This document shows positions 44,852 through 52,307 of a DNA stretch of 61,655 nt, in pieces; the first letter of the stretch is position 1; each line of letters begins with the position of its first letter. The stretch is from contig DASTSM010000349.1 of the NCBI GenBank assembly GCA_035760685.1, forward strand, positions 1-61,655, read 5' to 3'. Source of the DNA: Gammaproteobacteria bacterium (GTDB taxonomy: Bacteria > Pseudomonadota > Gammaproteobacteria > Steroidobacterales > Rariloculaceae). Below the pieces are notes generated by a model, which was not told the origin of the DNA, searched no databases, and worked only from the letters and a program-made list of their open reading frames with translations. The position numbers and the translations under genes were made by a program.

Positions 44852-46495
44852 TTACGCGGAGTGCCGGGCGGGCGCCGGCGCGGCCGCGTTCACGGCGACG
44901 TCGCCGTAGAGATCGCCGTTGCCCTGGGGGCACCCGAGCGCGAGCAGGGCGTCGCGCTGAGCCTCGTCATCGACGCCCGTGGCGATCGGCGTGAGCGAGA
45001 GCGCCGCCGCCATCGCGATCCCGGCGCGGCACACGTTGCGCGCGACCTCGTCGCCGCGCAGCGCGCCGACCCACGCGCGATCGAGCTGCAGGCCCCAAAC
45101 GGGACCGCGAGCGAGCGACGCGAGAGAGCCGACGTCGCGGCCGACTTCGTCCACGACGAAGCGCACGCCGAGCTGATGCAATGAGCGGAAGTCGGCCGGA
45201 TGGCGCGCGACGAAGACCTTCTCCGCGATGCGCAGCTCGAGCCGCTCGGGCGGCACGGCGCCGGACTCGAGGAACGCATGCATGTCGGAGACGAAGTCCT
45301 CGTGCAGCACGTGATCGCGCAGCGCGCCGAGCGAGATGCGCACGTCCGATTCCGAGCCCGCGCCGAGCGCGGCGAAGTCCTCCGGAAGTTGCGCGAGCAG
45401 GCTGCGCGAGAGGCTCGTCGCGAGGCCGGTCGTCTGCGCCACTCGCAGAAATTCCGCGGGACGGATCTCGCCGCGCAACGGATGAATCCAGCGGACGTAA
45501 CCGACCCACGCGACTCGGCGTCCGGTCCGAAGGTCGTGCCGGCCCGCATAGCGCAGGCGAATCGCGCCGCTCGCGATCGCTTCGCGCAGCTCCCTCGCGA
45601 TGTCGATGCGCGCGAGCGATTTCAGCTGCATCGTGTCGCTGAAGAAGAAGACGTCGCTCGACGCCGCACGGCGCGCCTCGGCCGCGGCGGCGCGCGCATG
45701 GTCGAGCAGGGTGCGCGGGCTCGTCGCGTCGACGCCTAGGATTCCGGCGCCGGCGTAGGGCGTGAGGTGGAACTCCGCGTCTCCGATGACGACGGCCTCG
45801 CGGAGGCTCGCGCAGACGCTCCCGACGCACGCTTCGATGACGTCGCGGTCCCCGCTTTCGACGACGAGGGCGAGCAGGTTCTCGCTGAGCTGACCCAGGC
45901 ACCAGCCGGACGCGCCGTCGTCGTTCGCGTTCGCGTTCGCGTTCGCGGGCGCGGGCGCCGGCAGCCGACCGAGCGCGGTCGTCATGATTTGCTCCGATAT
46001 TCGCGTCGAGATGATCTGCGCGATGTCGGCGATTTCCTCTATATAGATGACGGCGACCGCGATCGGCCGCTCGCGCAGCGCGGCAATCGACACCGCTTCC
46101 TTGAAGCGGCGCAGAAAGCCGCGGCGATCGAGCTGCATCCGGCGGTGCTCGCCGGTCGCATCGCCGACGTCGCCGTGCGCGCCGGTCAACGCCGGACGGA
46201 TCGCGAGGATCGCGCGCGACGGACCTTGAGGATTCGCGCGGACGTCGTATTGCTTGCCGCTCTCCCGGAAGCGAGCCTCGACCGGAGCGCGGTCGGCGAT
46301 CGTCTTGCGCGCGAGCTGCCGGATGAGGGCGGCCGTCGACTCGGACCACGCGGGGGCGAAGCGCCCGCGGCGCGACGGATCGCGGCCGGCCAGCTCGGGC
46401 ACGGCTCGGCCGCCCGCGTGCGCGATGAGCGTCCCGTCGCGCTTCACGAGCAGCACGAGATCGGGCAGCGCGTCGATGAGCTCCGGCGTCGACAT
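44852..46495 (-). CDS. Degenerate GGDEF-EAL protein with an N-terminal PAS-like region (FimX-like candidate c-di-GMP receptor)
   Basis: 547 aa from the internal ATG at 46495. The domain order resembles PAS-GGDEF-EAL. The GG(D/E)EF position reads QLSENLL. The EAL position reads [17 protein letters not shown] is replaced by VDEVGRDVGS. There are no TM segments. Confidence 0.7.
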   Translation of the reverse strand: MSTPELIDALPDLVLLVKRDGTLIAHAGGRAVPELAGRDPSRRGRFAPAWSESTAALIRQLARKTIADRAPVEARFRESGKQYDVRANPQGPSRAILAIRPALTGAHGDVGDATGEHRRMQLDRRGFLRRFKEAVSIAALRERPIAVAVIYIEEIADIAQIISTRISEQIMTTALGRLPAPAPANANANANDDGASGWCLGQLSENLLALVVESGDRDVIEACVGSVCASLREAVVIGDAEFHLTPYAGAGILGVDATSPRTLLDHARAAAAEARRAASSDVFFFSDTMQLKSLARIDIARELREAIASGAIRLRYAGRHDLRTGRRVAWVGYVRWIHPLRGEIRPAEFLRVAQTTGLATSLSRSLLAQLPEDFAALGAGSESDVRISLGALRDHVLHEDFVSDMHAFLESGAVPPERLELRIAEKVFVARHPADFRSLHQLGVRFVVDEVGRDVGSLASLARGPVWGLQLDRAWVGALRGDEVARNVCRAGIAMAAALSLTPIATGVDDEAQRDALLALGCPQGNGDLYGDVAVNAAAPAPARHSA

Positions 46496-46732
46496 GAGCC
46501 GAATATAGGAGGAGCGGAGCCGGGAAAACGTAGACGCAAGTCGGCTCTTTTCAAACGGATCGCCGCCCGCGGCGTTGCGCCTTGCGCGGCAAGGTGTCGG
46601 CGAGCATGATGGCCGCATCCGGCCCATGCCGACTGCGCGTCGCGGGAACGACGGAGCCCGCGCGGCGAAGAGGCGCGCAGTGCGCGCGTTGGGCACGCAG
46701 GGAACGGCGCGATGAATGAACGGGCCTGACCG

Positions 46733-48895
46733 GTGGTGGAGGGCGAACGCCTGACCCCGGATCTGGAAGCCGCCTTGGAGCTGCTCGCCGCGCGCGTCCA
46801 CGAGGCATGGGTCGAGCACCGGCGCCGGCGCGGTTGGCAGTTCGGCTCGGTGCGCGATGACGACGCCCGCCTTTCGCCTTCGCTCGTGCCGTACGAGCAG
46901 CTTTCCGAGTCGGAACGCGAGCTCGACCGAGTGACCGTTCGTTCCGCGCTAGAAGCACTGGAGTCTCTAGGTTATCGATTGGCGCTCGACGCTCCGGCAT
47001 CGAGCACCGTCTCTCGCGAGCATCTGCTCGCTCAGGCGGATCGGATGATTTCGCAGGGGCAGCCGCTGCCGGCGTACGACATCACGCGCCGTTTCCTAGA
47101 GGCCCACCCGAACGACGCCGCCTTTCGTCTCTGCAACGCTCGCGCGCTCCGGCGCGCAGGCGCATTGCAAAGCGCCCTGCGCATGCTCGACGATCTCGGC
47201 GCGAGTCCCGACGAGGACGGAGAGCGGCGAGGCCTCCTCGCGGCCATTCACAAGGAAATGTTCACTCGGGATCGCGGGCGGCCGCACGTCCACGCGGCGG
47301 ATCATCTGCGTCGCGCGCAACAGCTCTACAAGGACGTCTTCGAGGAATCGGCCGGCACGAAATTCTGGCACGGCATCAATGCCGCGACGCTCGCGCTGCT
47401 GCTCGGCAAGAAGTCGGAAGCCGGCACGCTCGCCCGACGCGTCCGCACGGCTTTGGGGCAGAATTCGATCGGCGACGATTACTGGCGGCAGGCGACTCTC
47501 GCGGAAGCGGCGCTGGTCGAGGGTCGTTTCGACCAGGCCGCCCTCGAGTATCGCAAGGCGGCCGCGCTGGCCCGAGATCGGGGCGGCGACGTCGCTTCAA
47601 CCCGTCAGAACGCCATGTTGCTGCTGCAAGCGCACGCCGCCGATGACCGCGACGCTGCGGCGATCGAGGCGGCGCTGCGGGCCCCGGGGGTCGTCCTGTT
47701 CGCCGGGCTCTCCGCGGATCCGGAGCAGGCTCTCGAACGCCGCTTCCCGCGCGCGGTCGAGAACGACGTGAGGATCGTTTTGCGCGAGCGCCTCGCCGCC
47801 GTGGACGCCGCTTTCGGCTTCGGCGGCGCCGCGCCAGGCGCCGAGACGCTGTTTCTCGAGCTCATGCTGGAACGCGACGGCGGCATCGCAACGGCGGTGC
47901 TGCCGTGGCCTCGCGATCAGTTTGCAGCCACGCATGTGCTCACGGCCGGGGCATCGTGGTTGCGTCGGTTCGAGTCGCTGCTCGGCAGCGCGACGCGTCC
48001 CGCGCGCGTGCACCACGTGGTCAACGCATCGCTCGGCGTCGGCGTCGACGGCGTTCTGTACGAGCGCTTTGCGCAGCAACTGCTCGTGGGACTCGCAAGG
48101 CTGCAAGCCGCAACGCTCGGCACCGACGTCGTGCCCGTCGTCGTGTGGGACAGCGCCGTGGGCGCGGGCGCCGACCTCGGCGCGCGCATCGAGCGCTTCC
48201 ACGCGCTCGGGCTGGACGTGAGGGATGCCAACGTCATCGACGTGAGGCCGATGCTCGAAGCCCGCGGACGACGAGCGTCGATCGACCGCCGGCCGACGCC
48301 GTCGGCGCCAGCGCCGGCGCAGAGCGCTTTCAGCGTCATGGCCATCCTGTTCGCGGACGTGGAGGACTACTCGCGCATTCCCGAGAGCCGTCTGCCGGCC
48401 TTCATCGAGTATTTCGTCGGCGGCCTCGCCAATCATTTGGCGCTAAAGCCTTACAAGGCGCGCAACGTGCGCCGGATCGGCGATGGTTTGCTGATGGTGT
48501 TTGCGAGCGTGCGCGACGCCGGCCTATGCGCTCTCGATCTCGTGGAGTGGGTCGGCATGCATTCCGAGCCCGGCGCGGACGGAGAAACGTTTTGGTCGCG
48601 GCTCGGTCTGCCGCGCGAGCTGCGCGTGCGGGTCGCACTGCACGCCGGCCCGGTCTTCGAGTGCGTCGATCCCCTGACGCAAGTCGTGAGCTTCGAGGGA
48701 GCGCATATCAACTACGCCGCGCGGATCGAGCCCGTGACGCCGGGCAATCAGGTCTATGCGAGCGAAGCCTTCGCGGCCCTTGCCGCGAGCTCACCCGCCG
48801 AAGGCGCCGAGTTCGTCTGCGAATACGTCGGGCTCATGTCGCTCGCGAAGAGGCTCGGCGAATATCCCCTCTATCATCTGCGCCGGCGCGGGTGA
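46733..48895 (+). CDS. Multidomain signalling protein: RyR domain + ASK1-type TPR (DUF4071-like) + Rossmann-like (SLOG/LOG-like?) module + class III adenylate/guanylate cyclase
   Basis: 720 aa with a GTG start. RyR domain: AARVHEAWVEHRRRRGWQFG..RDDDARLSPSLVPYEQLSESERELDR. TPR region with FWHGINAATLALLLG. G-rich loop FGFGGAAPGAETLFLE. Cyclase: ILFADVEDYSR, RRIGDGLLMVF, GAHINYAARIE. Confidence 0.8.
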   Translation: MVEGERLTPDLEAALELLAARVHEAWVEHRRRRGWQFGSVRDDDARLSPSLVPYEQLSESERELDRVTVRSALEALESLGYRLALDAPASSTVSREHLLAQADRMISQGQPLPAYDITRRFLEAHPNDAAFRLCNARALRRAGALQSALRMLDDLGASPDEDGERRGLLAAIHKEMFTRDRGRPHVHAADHLRRAQQLYKDVFEESAGTKFWHGINAATLALLLGKKSEAGTLARRVRTALGQNSIGDDYWRQATLAEAALVEGRFDQAALEYRKAAALARDRGGDVASTRQNAMLLLQAHAADDRDAAAIEAALRAPGVVLFAGLSADPEQALERRFPRAVENDVRIVLRERLAAVDAAFGFGGAAPGAETLFLELMLERDGGIATAVLPWPRDQFAATHVLTAGASWLRRFESLLGSATRPARVHHVVNASLGVGVDGVLYERFAQQLLVGLARLQAATLGTDVVPVVVWDSAVGAGADLGARIERFHALGLDVRDANVIDVRPMLEARGRRASIDRRPTPSAPAPAQSAFSVMAILFADVEDYSRIPESRLPAFIEYFVGGLANHLALKPYKARNVRRIGDGLLMVFASVRDAGLCALDLVEWVGMHSEPGADGETFWSRLGLPRELRVRVALHAGPVFECVDPLTQVVSFEGAHINYAARIEPVTPGNQVYASEAFAALAASSPAEGAEFVCEYVGLMSLAKRLGEYPLYHLRRRG

Positions 48896-48946
48896 GGGGC
48901 CCGGCTTATCAGACGCGCCGGCGCGGTGAGGCGCCGGCTTGTCAGA
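48880..48946. repeat. Tandem duplication (~34 + 32 bp) of the convergent stop/stop junction
   Basis: GCGCCGGCGCGGGTGAGGGGCCCGGCTTATCAGA (48880-48913) is followed by GCGCCGGCGCGGTGAGGCGCCGGCTTGTCAGA (48915-48946). Copy 1 supplies the cyclase TGA at 48893-48895. Copy 2 supplies the minus-strand TGA at 48942-48944. Confidence 0.6.
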
Positions 48947-49859
48947 GGGGCCGGCCGAATCCGCGCCTCAAGCGCGCGCATCCGAGGCGGCGGAAGGCGG
49001 CCAGCCCGAGCAACCCGCCGAGGAGCAGCAGGCCCGATGAAGGCTCCGGAACCGTGACCGGACCCGTCGCATTCGCGAACGTGAAGCTGTAGCGGCCTCC
49101 GTTAATCGGATCGAAGGTGCTTGGATTGATCCGGAAATACTCGGCGTCGGTCGTGAACGGGATGATGAACCCGGCAGGCAGTATGTCGGAGCCGACGCCG
49201 AAGACGTTTCCGATCGAGTTGAAGTTGTTGCAGACCAGGGCGCCGGAATTCGCCAGTGGACACAAATCCTCGTTGAACTCGTTGATGCTGACACCGCCGT
49301 AGTCGGCGAACGCCGTCAGCCCCAACGCGCTCAACAGATCGAAGGAAGTTCCGCCGTTCGTCGAATAGCCGATAAACGGATGGTCCTCGCCGGACAGCAG
49401 GCTCTCGTAGTTGAACTCCATGATCAGGCTCGAGTCGGCGAGCGCGAACAGCGCGAGCTGCAGACTGTCGGTCGGGATACCCGTCGGCTCCAATCCAGAG
49501 GCCCACGTTACGCGGAACCCGGCATCGATGCCGGTCGGAAAGTTTGCCGTCGGAGTCGAACGGCCGAAGGTGAACGTCGTGTCGCTCGTCGACAGCGCGG
49601 CAAACGGCGATAGAGTGGCGGTGCTTCCGCCGGAGCCGAACGTGAGAGTGCCGTCGGGGCTGATGGTCACCTCCGTGCCGGTCACGCCGAAGAGGTCGAG
49701 TGCGAAGCCGGTTTCTACGGTCTGCTCGGTCGCAAAGGGACCGAAGGTGTCCCAGTCGGTCCCGGTGTCGATGCGTATGACACGGCCGGCGTCGGCAGGC
49801 GGAGTGTGAAGAAGGAGGGCGACGAGTGCCGTGCAGAACATCGGGGGCAGCGTGCGCAT
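48942..49859 (-). CDS. PEP-CTERM sorting-domain secreted protein
   Basis: 305 aa. Signal peptide MRTLPPMFCTALVALLLHTPPADA. C-terminal VTVPEPSSGLLLLGGLLGLAAFRR, then a 14-aa basic extension. It lies downstream of, and co-directional with, the TIR-TPR gene. Confidence 0.8.
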   Translation of the reverse strand: MRTLPPMFCTALVALLLHTPPADAGRVIRIDTGTDWDTFGPFATEQTVETGFALDLFGVTGTEVTISPDGTLTFGSGGSTATLSPFAALSTSDTTFTFGRSTPTANFPTGIDAGFRVTWASGLEPTGIPTDSLQLALFALADSSLIMEFNYESLLSGEDHPFIGYSTNGGTSFDLLSALGLTAFADYGGVSINEFNEDLCPLANSGALVCNNFNSIGNVFGVGSDILPAGFIIPFTTDAEYFRINPSTFDPINGGRYSFTFANATGPVTVPEPSSGLLLLGGLLGLAAFRRLGCARLRRGFGRPL

Positions 49860-50005
49860 AACCCACCTCGTCGTTGGAAAACAAAATCAGCGTAAGGCAA
49901 GTACTATCGCGAAGCAAGGAACATCGTAGAAGCGATGCGGGCGGCAAAAAAGCGCTGTGGAATCCACCTACGCGCCCGGCAACGATGCAGTCGCAGGCCG
50001 AGAGG

Positions 50006-52096
50006 TCACGGTCCCTCCGGCCGGGCCGCATCGACGTCGGCGATGAGGCGGTACTGGCGGGCCAGCGCCGGGTTGCCGCGCGCGTCATAGAGCCCCGCAA
50101 CGCGCCCGGCGGCGAGACGCGTGAACAGGCCCTCCCGGCCCCACTTCGCCTCGACCACGGGATAGCTTTGCAGCAACAATGCTCCGGCCTGCTCTCGTTG
50201 GCCGGCGGCGAGACGAGCGGCGCCCTCGACGTTGGCGAGATACGCCTCGTGCCACGGCTCGTCGGGATACTCGTCCTCGAGCAGCGGCCTCGCGGCCTCG
50301 ACGGCGTGCAGTGCGTCGGTGACGCGTCCGAGGCGCCAGTAGACGTCCGCCAAGTTCGTCCAGATTTCCCCGCGCATCCTGTGCCGGTAGTGCTCGGCGA
50401 TCCGCAGCGCTTCCTCGAGCAGCGGCTCCGCGTCCTTCACTTGCCCCGCGGCGAGCCGCGCGAGGCTCAGGTTGTTGAGCGTATAGACGAAGTCGTCGTG
50501 ACCGGGGTCTTTGAGCTTTCGATCGACGTCGAGCGCCTCGCTGAGCAACGGGGCCGCTTCGGCGACCTTGCCTTGCTCGAGCAGCACGCGCCCGAGGTTG
50601 TTGAGCGCACTGGAGACGTTCGGGTGCTCGTTGCCGAAGATGTGACGATACCGATCGACGGCCTCGCGCAACACGGGCTCCGTCGCCTCGCGCTGTCCCG
50701 AGAAGTAAAGCAAGGCACCGAGATTGGCCAGCGTCTCCGCGACGAGGGGATGGTCGTTGCCCAGCGTCTGGCGGCGGATCGCCAAGGCTTCGCGATAGGC
50801 GGCTTCGCTTTCGGCGTACCGTTGCTCATAGAGCAGCGCGCTCGCCAGACCGGCCAGGCTGCGTGCGACGTCGGGATGCATGTTGCCGTGCAGGCGGCGA
50901 TCGATTGCGAGCGCGGCCGCGTACTCGGTCTCGGCTGCGGCGAACTCGCCGCGCTGACTCAGCAGATCGGCGACACCGTTCACGGCCTCGCTGACCTGCG
51001 GATCGCCGCCGGGATGCAGCTTCTCGGCGCCGGACAGCGCGTCCCGGTAGACCTTCTCCGCCTCCTCGTATTCTCCTTTGAGGTACAAGGCCGCGCCGAG
51101 GGCGTTGGCGGTATCGACGCTGTCCGGCGTCGGCCCGCCCTGCATCTGTCGGCGCAGAGCCCATGCGCGCTGCAGCAGATCGCTCGCGGGCTGGTAGAGA
51201 CCGAGCCCGGTGTAGACGCGGCCCATCGTGTACATCAGGTTGGCGCGCACCACCGGTTGTTGCTGGAGCTCCCGATCGATGCGCACGGCACCGCGATCGA
51301 GCACCTCGCGTGCCGTGATGCTGTTGCCCCTTGCCTCGCCGGGATCTGCAACCTGAAACAGTTGCACGAGAAACTCGCTCGTCTGTTGCGCCGTGGCCGC
51401 CTCGACTTCCGCGCGCGCCCTCTGCCGCTCGGCTTCGTTGCGGGAAATCAGCGCTAGTGCCGCGAGCAAGGACGCCGCGGCCATGCCGGCGACCGAGGCG
51501 GCCGCGATCGCCGTCAGATGCCGTTGCCGGCGCTGCGCATCGCGCCGCGCGAGCTCATCGAGGCCGACGCCGAGCAGCCCGGCGACGATTTTCAGCAACG
51601 CAGCGGTGCGACCGTCCTTGCCCGGCCGCAGATCGGCGGCGATCGGCTCGCTCACGCTCGCGGCGCTGTCGCCGCCGGCCCCGAGCGGCTCGAGCAGGCC
51701 CGGCGGGAAACAATCGGCGTCACCGAGCCCGTTCGGCTCGCCGGCGACGATGACGCAGAAGATCCTTTCCTGCCTGCCGAGCCGTCTGAAGGCGCGGATT
51801 TCCTCGCCGACCCAACGGGACTGCGCCGCGGCGGGCGAGCAGATTACGATCAGTGCCGAGGATTGCTCGAGCGCGGCACTGACCGCGCGGCCGAGGTCCG
51901 TCGCGGTCGGCAGCTCCTCGCGATCGCGGAAGACGGGGGAGATTCTGGCGGGCACCGCGCCGACCGTGGTCCTGCGCCCGACGAGGCGCCGCGGTACCCG
52001 GTAGCGTTCGAGCGCCCCGTGTAGCCAACGGGCCGTGCGTTCATCGTGATGGCTGTAGCTGATGAACGCACGATAACGGAACTCCGGCGTGCTCAT
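50006..52096 (-). CDS. TIR domain - transmembrane helix - TPR repeat protein
   Basis: 696 aa. TIR: YRAFISYSHHDERTARWLHGALE, PVFRDREEL, ALIVICSPAAAQSRWVGEEI (conserved Glu context). Linker motif AADLRPGKDGR..LLKIVAGLLGV. TM segment LTAIAAASVAGMAAASLLAALALI. About 10 TPR_12-like repeats follow (YEEAE..YR.AL.I....G..HP.VA..L.NL). Confidence 0.85.
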   Translation of the reverse strand: MSTPEFRYRAFISYSHHDERTARWLHGALERYRVPRRLVGRRTTVGAVPARISPVFRDREELPTATDLGRAVSAALEQSSALIVICSPAAAQSRWVGEEIRAFRRLGRQERIFCVIVAGEPNGLGDADCFPPGLLEPLGAGGDSAASVSEPIAADLRPGKDGRTAALLKIVAGLLGVGLDELARRDAQRRQRHLTAIAAASVAGMAAASLLAALALISRNEAERQRARAEVEAATAQQTSEFLVQLFQVADPGEARGNSITAREVLDRGAVRIDRELQQQPVVRANLMYTMGRVYTGLGLYQPASDLLQRAWALRRQMQGGPTPDSVDTANALGAALYLKGEYEEAEKVYRDALSGAEKLHPGGDPQVSEAVNGVADLLSQRGEFAAAETEYAAALAIDRRLHGNMHPDVARSLAGLASALLYEQRYAESEAAYREALAIRRQTLGNDHPLVAETLANLGALLYFSGQREATEPVLREAVDRYRHIFGNEHPNVSSALNNLGRVLLEQGKVAEAAPLLSEALDVDRKLKDPGHDDFVYTLNNLSLARLAAGQVKDAEPLLEEALRIAEHYRHRMRGEIWTNLADVYWRLGRVTDALHAVEAARPLLEDEYPDEPWHEAYLANVEGAARLAAGQREQAGALLLQSYPVVEAKWGREGLFTRLAAGRVAGLYDARGNPALARQYRLIADVDAARPEGP

Positions 52097-52307
52097 AGGA
52101 GTTGTCGTGGAGCCGGCGTGTCTGCCGACTATAGCACCTCTCCGGCACGGCCCGAGCAGCGCGAGGTCGATGCCTCTTCCGGCTGGGCAAACAACCCGCG
52201 AGCCGGTTCGTCTAGGGCAGCGGCTCTGGGCGCACGTCGCGCAGAACGGTGCGGAACGCTTAGACTAACGCGCCGGCGTCACCGCGCCGGAAGGGGGGCG
52301 AAAACGA

